From contig OZ281494.1 in NCBI GenBank assembly GCA_965637545.1, forward strand, positions 9,920,001 through 9,984,000: 64,000 nt of DNA, read 5' to 3'. The translations under genes were made by a program, and so were the position numbers. Position 1 is the first letter of the stretch, and every line of letters starts with the position of its first letter. The notes beneath the pieces are model-generated. The model searched no databases. It saw nothing but the letters and a program-made list of their open reading frames with translations, and had not been told where the DNA came from. Of the stretch, positions 37,501 through 50,669 are shown in pieces. The DNA is from Phallusia mammillata. Its lineage: Eukaryota.

Positions 37501-40500
37501 TACTTTAGGAAACGTATCAATTTATTCGTTTCATTTTGCATATATCTAACTTTTTTTCGTACATCGTAAAATATAGGTTGTTTAACAAAGATTCAAACAT
37601 TGAAGTTAGTATTGTAAGGCATTATAGCTTGCTACACTTTTTTAATACCGAGTCTCGATTCGGCGACTGCTGTCCTGTCTGACTTAATGACTGCTTCTTA
37701 GAGAATTGTGCAACTGTGTAACAATCATACACGACATGTGATAATTGCAGTCTTGTCGTCCCCGCGGGCAAAGGAGTTTTGAAAACACAGTGACGTTTTT
37801 ACAAAGGAAACCAAACTTTAAAATTGGACTGAGAATATTTAAAACATCAAATAAAAAAACCAAAACAGCTTGAACCACAACTATGACAGATTGACATCAA
37901 ATTTGCCAAAACGAGATTTGTGTGGTGCACGATATTCCAGGCCCCCATACGACTAGCACTAATTAACATTCTTGGCCAATTGGACACTAACAGCCTAAGT
38001 TTGCTTCGCCCATTTCGCGTGTTAATACGGATTGCTAATTGCTGCTAATGTTTACTTTGAGCGCATTTATTTTGCGTATCATTAAATTAAAACCGAAAAA
38101 GTACAATTGCGCACACAAGTGATATACATGTAACTACTTATAAACTTGCTGCAACATTAAAAACAATGTTGATACATTATGCCGGACAGCAACAGTGTAT
38201 TCATTGCTGCAATATTGTTGAACAAAGCAAAAATGAGTAGACTAGTACATTTTATAGTGCGTTTCGTTACAGTCTACCTTTAATCGATTTTCTGCAAAGC
38301 ACATGTAACAAACATGCACCTCAGTAGGACAGATTGACCAGAATTTTGTATGTTGCAGCTTTCTGATTGGTTAACTTACCTCGATAGCTCCACCCACTAC
38401 CACTGGAAGGACAGGGGGATGGTATTTCCGGCCCTGTTATGTCACAATCCACACAATCGAAAGACTTGTATGTGCTTTCCATGCTCGTTGTTTTACGCAT
38501 TGTCACACAAGGTCAATGTGTGTATTCTTTGTGCGTTTAATTCATTTATACAACAACAATCTGTTTTGTAACTTATGACTACTAGGTACATAAAATAACT
38601 TGGAACACTTGTAAAGACATCTGCAGAAAAGGACAAATTAATCAGTTTTAAACTTTACGCTTTCTGCAAAAGCAAAACAATCGGAAATTTGCAGTAGCAA
38701 ATAAAGATATAACGAACGGTTGTTAGCTGCCTGGCTAATTTATGTGCATAAATCATTCTGCAACTTGTTTGAATTAAGATTCAAAAGTTCAATCAACTGC
38801 TTGTCGCCTAAACGCGGTTCCAATGTGATGATGAACTTATATACGTATCGGTGATTCACCACCAAACGGTGTGTCACACGAAGGAAAGAAAAACAAATAA
38901 CAAACTTCAACCTTTACGTTTTTCACCTTGCTCGTCTTTAGGATTTAAATCAAATTTCCATTTTCCAACAAACACAACATTTACCTTAAATTTTTAGTAC
39001 AGTGTATTTAACAGTTCATTGAAAAACGACTTAAATGGTAAAATTTGCACATCAAAGAACCATTTTGATTCTATAAGTGGCAACAAAATTTTCCTAAACC
39101 AGCAACAACGAATATATTCTATTACAAAGCAATCCTGCCTGCTTCCGTTCAACGTCACACCTGTTACGTCATCACCGATCAGCGACATCTTGAGTCAGAT
39201 ATCACCTGACGCGGGCCAAACCCTAATAAGCCCAGCTTTTAGGGTTGGGTAGCAATTTATTTTATCCCTACGCAGCCAAATATGCAAAACGCAGAAGATT
39301 TATCGTTGTTATATATTCTGCATTGTTTATAGAGAGGCAAAACTAATCGTACCGTCTATATTGATGCTAAAATAGGCGTCGCACATATGGGTGATAATAG
39401 CTACTGGATTGCTAATTGAAACGTTTACTCGGTAATACATATATTTTAATACAAAACCTGAAGCCCCAACAGAAACATACTTTATCACTGGGAAACTTAC
39501 ATCTTGCTCACAAAACTCTTTCAGCAGGGCAAAACAGGTTCGACACTGTTATAAATGCTTCGAAAAGTTCCACAACTGCGTGAACAGAACTGCACGAAAG
39601 TTTAATCTGTTCTCCGAAACAACCGAATTCCTTTACGTCCAAACAGCAGAAATGCGTTGCGCAAACCGATCGACCCAAAGCAGTAGCAAGTAACGGGCGA
39701 ATACAGGACGTATTGGACACGCAATGCATTGTCGTTTCCAAGCAATCCATGGCAACCCCAGCCGTTAGTGGCTTGTTCCAAGCACGGACGCTATGGTAGA
39801 TGATGTCGCAACAAGGCAACTGGCGGAAATCGTTGAGGCCTTTTAAAAATAAAATGCACAGAGAGCGAGGTATCGTACTCTGGGAGAAACAACTGCAACA
39901 GGATGTGGTCGACAATGTGGCTTGCAATTGGACGATGAATTTGCTGGCAAACGCAAGTTAAACGGAATACTTTTGTGTCCTAACTACCAGTAAGCACCGA
40001 GCCAGTAAACAACTTGAACAAGATAACTTCGCGTTGTATAGTATAACGCTGTTTATATTTGTCACTGTTTGAAGATTTTATGTCGTGAAACTAAACCAAT
40101 TAGGCATGGGATTTTACCCTGTTTTTACTAACAAACTGGAGTGCCGTTGGATGGCTACACAAGCCAATACGGCCGGTTTTTCGTCATCGGCTGCACTGAT
40201 GGGACCTTATTTTGACCATTGGCGAGGGTCGCAACAATGCGCACTGTCTGCAGCAAAAGTTTAAAGAATTATTGCAAAAATGCAATCTAAAGCAAATTTT
40301 TTGGCACAGAAAATCGCGGCAATAACATAATCCACAATATCTTGACCGCGGTAATTTCAAATACAAGGCCACCGTGAGGTTTCTGCTAGTACTGACATTA
40401 CCTTGTGGACTTCAAACGCAAGACGAAGTGCCACTTTGCTCTTCGCAAGAGTTTAATTGTTGTACCCATAGCATGCTTTGTCCAAACATGGCAAGAAAGC

Positions 40501-43500
40501 TAACATACATTGGAAATACGTGTAATTAAACATAGGGTTTACAAATACTTTACATGATGTACTGTTAGTCTGTTACATGTCAACTATCCACAAACTCTTT
40601 CAGAACGGCTGTCATACACACAAGCAAAAGCATATTTTTGCATTGGTCTGCAGGAACCCTTCTATTCTGATCCTCTGTGCTCTGTATTAACAACAAAATG
40701 TGTTTCTGAAAATGTGCACTACAGATAAACGTGGCACTGCCATTTATAACAAGAAACCACAAACAAGCCGCAAAAAATACTTCAAACAAAATCAACCGCA
40801 AAACGAAATTGGGGCAGCTGCAAAGGGTATCTGTCCACCAACAAACCGCTATATCAAATTCTGTTATATAAGGAGGATGAAAATAGCAAAATCAATGCGT
40901 TTGATAAATGAGAGCCTTTATGTTTCACTCTGATATACCGCGTGTCGGATAAAATTTCTAATTGACAAACTAAGTATTTTGACAAGGGTAAGCAGACTAG
41001 CAGTACTTTGGCATTGTGATGACACTTTTTTCAGAAAATCAAAGACCAAAATATAGTGTTCAGACTTACTCGCTTTAATTCAAATTTGTCATAAGCTTTG
41101 GCGAAAACAAATGATTTTACTGGCCTATAAAGTCGTTGGAAGCAATTTATAATTACAATGTCACCGTCAGTCACGCACTTATAATACATCATAAATCAGG
41201 ACAGATATTATACAGGGAAGTCGCGGAACAGGTCGATGAGGTGCAAAATCAAGGCACTTTTTTTCATTATCTGTGTAAAACAGTATCTTGTCATACAAAG
41301 CAGATCTGTGTTCAGTGTCTTAAACCAATTATAGCTTTTAAAATACGTCCATCTAACATACAGCAAAAAATAAGATCCTGTTTGCTGCTTTACGTATGAG
41401 CGGTCTTTCTGTCTATGGCTGATCGCCTAACGTGCTTTTGCACTTTGCCTTTCAAACTTTGTCGAGAACTGGCTTACCCGTGTACTTGGTACGTGTCGGT
41501 GTAACAAGCCACTGACCTGTACTAATTGGTGACGGATGGCCAGCCCGTAACGATTCTAACTTACCGCAGGTGATTCGCGTAATTACACCCTTACCGGGAT
41601 TCAGCAAAGTTAATCTTTCTGGGAGATTTGCGTCAGTGTGGGAAAGTAGGAGTTTTCTATGATGACTTTGGCATATGTAGATCAAAATTCATACAAAACT
41701 TAGCGGTTAAAAAAATTTCGTAAAAATCCGTCACTTACGACAAAAATGTCTCATTTTCTAATCTTGCCTTCCGTTAGATTGCTATACATTTTGCCTTACT
41801 TGCATAATATTTCTGTTGTTGTTTTTCCCAGAAACGTTTTCTTTTAATCTTATACCTTATTAAATGATAAAAAGTGTGGGTTTCACAATTCTTTATAGTT
41901 TTATACGATGCTTTATCTATCTAAGGGTTATGGTTGCTGCTGTATTAGAAAATATGTTTCACAAATCAAATTGGCTACCCTGATCGGTTAAGCAGATTTG
42001 GGCAAACACAAAACACTCCACAATGATAACAAGCCTACAACAATAAAATACTTAAATTCACATGGAAACTAATGCATTTTAATTCACAACCCTTCACTGC
42101 AACGGTAGTTATGCTTTTATCTGGTTAATTTGAACTTCGTCACTAGTCAAGACTGCTAAAGCTGGTTATGTAACTCGTTTGAAAAGCTGTAGGCAATCAA
42201 GTCAGACCACCAAGGCAAAACGTAGCTCGCAATCAGACTAGAAGGAATTCGAGGCATCTGGCACTTGTAATTGTCATTTGCGTCAGACAGTATGAATTGC
42301 TTCGGCACATGTAAACTTTATGAGGTAATGTCTAACTGCCAAACGAAATCGGTTCTAGGTAGCAATCAACGGGTTCAAAAAATACCAGTAAAACCTACAG
42401 GTGTATAAATGTCGTTTACCCTCGTGAGGATGTAACTTAAGGAACAAGCAACAATGTCAAAATTAACCGGACAAACAGTACGCAATATGTATTGTGGTAA
42501 ATAAGTATTTAGTAGGTTCGAGTAGTTTTAAACTTGTCTAATAGCGACAATGTTACATCGAAAAAAAAATGTTAAACAAAAAAACATCCTATACGTCTAA
42601 CAATACGGTAATAAAATTGGTACATTTCTATTGACGTTAAACACAAAATATATTTGTACTTTCCACAATAAAACCAACCAATTAAATCGTAGCTTCAATA
42701 AAACCGGTTAAAACAAATTACAAGTCATGCACCTGTCGTTGAAACATCTGGTTTATTTGCGTTGGTGCGTTGACCACTGACTACCAGCTGTCATTATGAA
42801 ACTCAAGAAGCCAGTGTAAATAAACCTGCATGGCCCAATACGTCAAAAGTGCGACATCCATGGTATTTAGCATGACTGTGTTACAGCAACTGTCATTACG
42901 TTGTCTATATTCTGAATAAAAACCGTGTGGTGATTTACCGTACAAATTGATAATGGGTTCTGTATCTAAAATTAACGTTAAGGCTGCATAAGCGCGTTTA
43001 CTAATTGCGCAGTAGTTAATTGTCTATTCAGGCAAAGACAGAACATCGCCTGCTAACACCTTTTCAACGTTTAGAGGCGAAACAGAAACAGTTTCATCTT
43101 GATTTACAATGTCAAGTGCACTTCGGACGTTCAAGGCGTCTTTCAAATTCAAAACTTCGTAGCAATTTGAATTCCCTAAGACATGCGTTGTGTCTGTTGT
43201 CAGGTGATTATCCATCCCTACCGCTACCGCAGAAACAGACGAAGTCCATTCTCTTCAGGGGCACAATAGCGCATATTTTAAAGAATACCAATTACAAGCA
43301 CGAATTGCTTGGTCTTGTAAGAAATAAGTGCTACACAACACGACAACTTTTGATTTAGCTTACACGTTAAACATAAAACATAGTCCAGATACGAAATGTA
43401 TAGCACAAATTGCAACTATTCTTGCAACTTCGTAGCTGCAAATCTTCATAATCTTCATAAAGATTAGCTTTTAAGGTCTTGCCTTTTCAAGTCTAGTTAC

Positions 43501-46500
43501 AAAGTAAAATATGAACAAATGCCGTATACCGCACTGGATTTTTTGCCTGATTTGACATTGTTTTTACTTGTAAGTGCGCTTTATCCTAAAACTGTTTTTT
43601 CTTTTACTTGACAAGAAACAAAAAAACAACCTAACAAGATGTCAAACGTCCTGTACAGTCCAATAAAACTAGTGGCACCTGGACAGCTAAACTGTCATAT
43701 AGCCACGGCACTGGGTTTGTTCAATTGCAAAACTGTTGTGGTCCATATTTAACTTTATCGATTAACGGTCCAAAGGTTTCTGAGAAAACGAGCTATAGTT
43801 AAACTCGGTGCTGCAGATAAGGGCGGAAACGTTAGAGAAATCCTGTCCTAGTGACCTTACTTCCATACAAAACCTAATCATAATGATAAACAGCATCTAT
43901 TATTTCCTCAAAGGTTCAGCTATGGTTCACATGGCTGCATTGGTGATTTTACATATGCCTTCAATCTTGTGACGTTTCACCTATAGTCACTCCCAACAGG
44001 TTATGCTACACAAGGCGCGTCATATTTTATGACGTACGTATACAGCGTGCTGCCGCAAATCTTCCAGCGAAAATTGCGGACATGCTATCACACCTGCGTT
44101 GGTCTAGAGCAGTGGTTCTCAACCTTTCATGGACCGTGGCCCCCTAAAAGTAACTTTTTGGCCTCGTGGCCGCCTTCAAGTAACCCTGTAGAACCTGTGG
44201 CTCCCTTAAAAATGTAGATGGCAACCTTGTGTTGGAATTCGGTACTAATTTCGGCCTTAAACAGGTCGAATAGAGCACAGATGGGTCCATAATGGTAATT
44301 AACCTCAATATAGACAAATAGTATGTGAAAGAGTTGATTAAATTAAGGAATAAAGTTAAAAAGAAAATGGATTTTAGTGGGTGTTTCTGACGAATTTACA
44401 CCAGTGCGGTTTCAATAAATATATTTTGATTTTTTTCAAAATCAACACAGATGACGGTTATAGCGTAAATGTAAGATTGGTTGCATCTAGTGGAGCCAAG
44501 CTGTTATGTACGGGTGCCAGGAATATCGTCGTGGATCGTGACAGAGCGGTCCACTGCTCGTTTCTTATTGGGAAATCCTGACTTGCTCCGTAAAATACGC
44601 CGACGTTCCCGCTACTTGAGTTAACTGCTGCTGTGCTTGCTGCAGAAGGAATTGGACTTGCCTATTGACCTTCTAGAGCAGTGGTTCTCAACCTTTTTTC
44701 TTTCGTGGCCCACTTTCAATGCACAAAAATTCTGTGGCCCAGTAATTTTTTATGAAAGAAAGAAAACACATATGAAATAGGTTCAAACCAAAAAACTGCA
44801 GAACATATTTTATACAGATTATTATCAGTTCAAAATAACTTAATGCAAAAAATCATAAAACAGCACTTTCCCTTCTTTAATCAAGCACTTTTAGTTATGA
44901 CGGAATAACTGGACAATGGATATACTGCTATTATCTGGCTTTATAGTAATCACAAAGTAGTTTATTACATCACAAACATAAAGTGTTGCAGAAATTTAAA
45001 GTAACTTTATACTGTAAATAGAATAATTCAAATAAATTTACATTCCTTCTCAATTCCTTCCCATCCATTATTCTTGTAAAATTGAGAGTAGTGACACAAA
45101 TAAAAGTAAACTCTTAATAAATGCTTTACTACTGATTGGTCTGTGGCCCAATCAAAATGCTTCCATGGCCCACTGGTTGAGAACCCCTGCTCTAGAGTCT
45201 ACACACACGATGAGAATATTGTTCTTCTACATATCTCGTTAAAGTCACCTTACCGTGTCTTCGGACTGACTCTAGTCAAATGCATAATAATAAACCGCTA
45301 CTAGACGACAGTTTATCGCTTCACACACAGAATGGACATAAACGGTTGAGACCGGTAGGTCAGAAAGGGGAAACAATAACATGAGTATACCTGGCACGCT
45401 ATGAGCGACGACACAAACAGACAATCAGAGCTCATTCAGTACGTCTATGTCAACAAAGTGGTTTTCAAGCGATGTAGGAATACTAAGGGTGCTGTACCGT
45501 GCTACAATAGGAAATATGACTGATATTAACCTGACAGTGTCATTGTTTCACAATATATTGTGTCATTGTTTCACAATATATATACAATATATAATATATT
45601 GCTGCATTCTTACTTCAGTTGACAGTAAATCAAAACAATGGATACTATATACACGAAAAACTGACTAAAAGACATTTGAGTCGTTTATTTGTCAAAAATG
45701 TTATTAATGTACATATATATATATGTACATAATTATATCTACAACAACAAAGTGATAGCAACAAGCACTAACTCTGTTCTTTCTGCGTTTGGCCGATAAA
45801 CGCCTCAACAATAAACTGCCAGTACTGACCTACACCTGCATGAACCACATCAAACAATAGAAAAACGGTAAAACCAAGCACCTACGGTTCTGCGTTATAT
45901 AAACACTTCTGTAGTCACTACGAGTTATTATCAAAGGTCGGTAATTATCAGATTTTAAATGACGCGCCAGATTGAGATCAAAAAACGCCTCGAGCAAAAA
46001 ATAATAATTGCGACATTTGACTGACATGTTTTCTGACGCACTGACAAAAGTTATAAACTCCAAGTAAATACTATAACCTGCGTTCACCTTGGCATATGTC
46101 TATATTCCACAGCCACACCCCATTTGACATGCCATTAAACTTGCAAATTTACAAACAATGTTGTAAGACTGCCTCTGTATTCTGCCAGCGCCCCTAGCTT
46201 CAATGCCACAATAAATGCTAAGTGACCTCTTCAAAAGAAATTTAAATCTACATTTATAGATTCCTCTTTCCGAACAGAATGAGCATATGTTCAACATAAT
46301 GAATACAGCAGTTACAACAAGCCTTTTCCTTTTTAAGGCAATTGTCATCGGAAATCCAATCTATACACACTAGCTCAATCGGGCTGGCATTGTTTACACT
46401 CGGAACGCGCTCTACACAAGGCCATTAATTCATCGAAACACGCCTGGACGAATTCTAGAGTGCCTGTGAGGGGATTACAGTGCTACATCAAGAGGGACAT

Positions 46501-49500
46501 ATGTTGACGGCCGGCGATAGGGCCACTGCCCAATGTTCTAATCAGGTCTTTTCTGTCGTTTCGTTTCTTTGACCACCGTCCTTAAACACCATTCATGCAT
46601 GACGAACTAACGTAGAAAAGATTCTTCTCCGATTTGGCATATGTCACTAAAAAGATAATCCAATGTCCCTTTCGCTTTATATTGACGTGGTTTAAAGCAA
46701 TCGTTAACAATTAAATTTTGATCCAGTTTGTATTTCAGCTTGTACACATTGTTGTTAGTATGAGTTCTTACCAAATGTTTTGACTTTTAAAACATTCGAT
46801 GTCAGTGTAACCAACAACATCCTGACACAGTTTGATTTTGCATCTTTTGTACAACCAGTGAGTATAACCCCTGATGCTTTATTAAACAAAACCAACATAC
46901 GTGAACGTGATCACAAAAAAAAAACTCAAGGCTCTTCTGTTTCTGTATAACACTTATAACACCTTTAACAATCATAAATTAAACTTCCTAAAACGTTTCT
47001 AATGTCCCCTACAGGTACAGTCTGTTAATAACTTGGAAACTGTATTACTGATTACCTTGCTACACTACCGCTAATCTTAGAACATACACAGACAATGAAT
47101 GAGAAATAAACGGAATCAGAATTTAACACGCTCGATTGCTTCTGTCTCGTCACTACGGCGTCATAAGTAATTGTGACGAAACAAAACGTAGGTGTAGCCT
47201 TGAGGGGCAATGTATTGATGCTAGACGAGCTACCGTGGTTTTTCGCTTATTGTTACATGACAATCAGTGCTACGCCAGCGTTGAATGCGATAGTGATTTA
47301 ATTGTTTACTGTTGTGGCATCGTTTCTGCTGTGGTTGCTGATCATGTTACAAAGCGCTGTCGGAAGAAAGTAGGGTAGGTTTAAAAGTTTCTGTTTGGCC
47401 GAAATGTGCCTGTTTTTTTACATGCTCAAACGCCAAAACGTTGAAATCTTTTACATTGGTACTTAGATTTGACGACAAAATGCTTAATGAAAAGTATAAT
47501 GATGATGGATCTATTGAGTTGAAAGCTTTGTAGTTTATTTATCAAAATCTTTAACCCGTTCAGTGTACACGTTTTACCAATCATGCGTTCTCAGCAATTG
47601 TTAAAACTGAAGGTACACATTTCTTGTTTTACCGTTCGTACCTTATCCTACTAACAGTTTCTGTTTCGTACAAACACGTTTCACCCAAATAATCAAAGTA
47701 TACATTTCGCCCGTTTCAAAACACCTTTTGTCGTAAACAGACAAGGAAAAATGTGCTTTTCTAACAAAACAAATATTTAGGCAGCAAAAAAATTGCCAAA
47801 TTAGGAATGGGTGTTGTCGTAACCAAGTACATGTGATCCCATGCAATTAAATTAACATTCCTTAATAATTATGGTGTAGGTTGACGTTCGAACTTGGGCA
47901 ATTTTGGTGGGTTACCTATTTTTATGATTTATGACGCAAGTTCGACGTGATTGGGCCAAAACTTAAGAAAAAGTTGTGTTCCTGGAAAAGCAACGATTGT
48001 GCTCTGAAATAAGTCTGATAAATATATGCTATTCTACCAAGTTTTAAGTTATCAAACCACGTTTGAATAATACTGGCCGATGCGTCACGATTGAGTGGTA
48101 AATCACTACCAGAATTTAATTTTATTTACCGTCTATTGTATTTGTTTCGGCCTAACGAAGATAACGCAGCACAAACTATTTAAAATTTTGGCAGAAAAAT
48201 TGCAATTGGGTCGCGAAGACGACTAGCTATATTTGCTTTAAATACATTACGTATTTTAACGGCTGGCTCATTAGCGACATTAAGTGGTCTTTTTCTCGTT
48301 CGATCTAGGGTTTGGGCTAATGTTTGTGCAGCTCGGGAAATTTTTTCAATTTTTAAAATAAACGTGGACAACAACAAAGTGAACAAAAACATCAACTCAA
48401 GACCGATGAAAAGGACTGCAAACGGAAGATGGATGGCAATTTACCAGCACTTTAGCATTGCTTGTTGGACATAAATCAAAAAAAAAGGAAGCCTCCTTGC
48501 TGATAAAAAATACCCGATAAAATGGCACAATATTGTCAGATTTCGATAAACACGTAAAATTATGTTTTTACCCCTCCTACAACACACACTTTTCACTATC
48601 CAAACCACACAGGTCTTCAGACCACCGGATTACAAATGTTTCATTCTGTGCATTGGTTTAAACACTGTTACACATATTTATTGCTACTTAACCAACCTCC
48701 GTTGATAATCTCCCGCAGTGTACATCGTATGTGATCTTGCACACCGAACCTCCGACGTAACGCGGGCATGATGTCACGGACGCAGTCGTGGTCCGATAGC
48801 GTCATCAAGCGGAAGCTTTCCTGTTGTGTCACCGGTGAGCGATAGAAAAAGCGAAGAGGACCCGAGTATACCAGCTCATCTGTTCCCTGCAAAATGTCAA
48901 TGAAATTTCCAATGTATATGACTCAGGCAACTTGTTAGTGATTTTAAACGTAAACTGTGTTCAACTGTTAAGGATACTATCCTGAGTGACTTCCACTCAC
49001 ACATTAGTCAAGTCAATTTCTTAATTTGAGTTGATAAGTTGCTGCTACTTAAGGGAGCAAGTATTTGGCTAGTTACTAGACGAGAGGTGAAGACAAGAGA
49101 CGGAAAATGTTGGTGTTAGATAAAACAGACATGACACAGTCTTTCACAATCATTACATAACTGTTAAAACGTACCAAAACCAATTGCACACAGGCGGGAC
49201 AAATGGGTGCATAAAGGCTGCGTTATTTTTCTAGCTCCAGCCTGAAAATTCCGTCACGAGTTTGTATTAATCGACTGGTATTGAATCGTGCCAGCAAAAA
49301 CATAATGCCTAAAATTTTGGCACGTTTTAAACCCTAAGAATTTGTGCCAAAACAACTGACTGAAAGCGTAACACAAAATTTTCGGTTTACTTAATTGCCT
49401 AAACAATCAAACGGCCTGACATGCTTTGAAACTAGTAAAGCTTAGCACGTCGTAGTTTTTTCTACGCTACGAAGAATTAACAATATAGTGACAGCAACCA

Positions 49501-50669
49501 TATAAATTGCAAAGTTACAAAAATAGTTTTGAACCAAAAACTATTTTTAAGCGTTTTGCAGCTACAGGCCACATGCTAAATTTGCACTGGACGGAAAATA
49601 ATCACATTTTTGTCATGATGTTCACGTATAATTTGTTTTCCCGTGGAGTCATCATGGAGCCTTTAAAGTCAACAAAGGTTCGTTTGAAAACATTTAGGAC
49701 CAGTCAAAAGCAAAGATTTAATATTTGCCTAAGTTTGACAACGGGACAAAGCAGGAGCGCCAAAGCAACTAAGTAAATCGCCGAAATCACGTCTCACTGT
49801 CATTTAGTATTACAAAGCATTTTCACCATAAATTAGAAGCTTTATGGAGATTAGAAAACCCTATGCATTGATTACCACCAATATTTAAGGCTGAATCTGC
49901 GTTAATTAATAACAAAGAAAATTTGATTTTTGTCAGCAGCGTTGTACGTATAGTGTTTTCGTAATTATTACGAGTGAAAAAGGTGCAAATAAACAAAGAA
50001 AATTGTGCCTGTCTTCTAAAAAAACATCGTTGTGGAATTGAATGAATGTAAACGTATAGGTATTTTGTTCAGGTTGGACGAGTAACGACATACAGCCACA
50101 TGGTTAGCATATCAACCTACCTCTAACAGCTTGACCTTGAAAGCACCCACTTGACCTCTGCGGTTAAACGCTTCCACTTTTGCTCGAAGTTGTCGTCTTC
50201 TCTCGTCAATGTCATCTTCCATCTGTTGTTGAGTCGCTCTGTAGGAATAATGTAAAACTGATGTACTATCTCTACGCATAAGTGCTATAAATAAACCTAA
50301 ATACATATTTATTCGCTAAGCGCTAAGCTCCCAACCAAACATTCACGTTCATGATCAAAGTATGTGGTACACATGAGCGCCGCCACGTAGGGGCAAGAAG
50401 TGGCACTTGCCTTTTTTTCAAGAAACTTACCTTCTGGTTGCACGTTCATGGATCTTTTGCAGATGACGTAAAATAACCGGGTTGGTGAGAACCACGTTCG
50501 GGTCAGACGCGTGTATTAGGTGTTTCGGGTCCAGCACGAGATCCTCCGACTTGCGAGCGTTATGAGTGACGTCACTGGTCTTGCTGACGTCAGTCGCCGT
50601 TGATAGTTGGCGACTCTTCTTCCGACGAACGCCGATAGCACTTGACTTTTTTCGACCGGAATATTCCAT
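25521..50669 (-). CDS. RADIL: RADIL/afadin-family Ras-associating scaffold (RA-RA-FHA-DIL-PDZ, ~1530 aa, 19 coding exons)
   Basis: Exons: 50669-50431, 50238-50121, 48886-48697, 35811-35646, 34411-34236, 34012-33386, 32998-32835, 32588-32509, 32166-31161, 30797-30760, 30658-30512, 30175-30052, 29768-29558, 29075-28903, 28371-28221, 27760-27146, 26962-26769, 26053-25980, 25620-25521. All phases match (4593 nt). Domain motifs: RA2 (PGILKIFGDAVSPGANYKSVMAT...LSDNDKPLLLQSYWKP), FHA (TLIGS...VLPHHC...LQHGDLITIGKHSMFMFKDP), DIL (QLFAYLFFFTNVSLFNTLME, YYKWDMGARIRGNLEQVESW, YPSLEPAQLHHVL), terminal PDZ (GLGVGLVDG...VYVRSLVP...GRLQLGDRILAANG). The RADIL assignment, as opposed to AFDN, rests on the terminal PDZ and the absence of an afadin tail. 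Confidence 0.85.
30212..30249 (+). ncRNA. Degenerate hammerhead motif in an intron of the RADIL-like gene
   Basis: TTA-CTGATGA-T-GACA-tgagtatt-TGCC-GAAA-GGTT-TGAATAAAA. The core boxes are intact, stem II has one mismatch and ACGT has become AGGT. It shares ~50 bp with the 22330 copy. Confidence 0.45.
33160..33198 (-). ncRNA. Degenerate hammerhead motif in an intron of the RADIL-like gene
   Basis: Minus strand: ATC-CTGAT-GACGTC-ttgtaacg-GACGTC-GAAAC-GTC^GAT, with AATAAA ~14 nt downstream. It looks like the same design with one GAT of CTGATGAT deleted. Confidence 0.45.
36858..37040. mobile_element. Tc1/mariner-pogo-type MITE (183 bp)
   Basis: Imperfect TIRs CAGTAAACCTCGGTTAATCCG / CCGATCTAACTGTGGTTTACTA, flanked by TA on both sides (36856-57, 37041-42). 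Confidence 0.6.
44110..44319. mobile_element. hAT-type element, left-end fragment
   Basis: Starts CAGTGGTTCTCAACC after GTCTAGAG. About 200 bp are homologous to 62669-63067 (shared CCTGTGGCTCCCTTAAAAATG and GTGTTGGAATTCGGTACTAATTTCG). I found no right TIR of its own. Confidence 0.7.
44679..45189. mobile_element. hAT (Charlie-like) MITE (511 bp)
   Basis: TIRs CAGTGGTTCTCAACC / GGTTGAGAACCCCTG. TSD TTCTAGAG (44671-78) / CTCTAGAG (45190-97) with one mismatch, matching the NTCTAGAN target preference known for Charlie-type hATs. Confidence 0.85.

Noticed and set aside
39508-39927. 139-aa Cys-rich ORF on the minus strand in the large intron
   Set aside because: No recognisable domain or regular Cys spacing, and no supporting exon chain. 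Consistent with a chance ORF in GC-richer regulatory DNA.
43024-43215. 63-aa minus-strand ORF with protein-like composition
   Set aside because: Bounded by stops with no splice donor linking it to the host gene and no motif. It cannot be supported without expression data.
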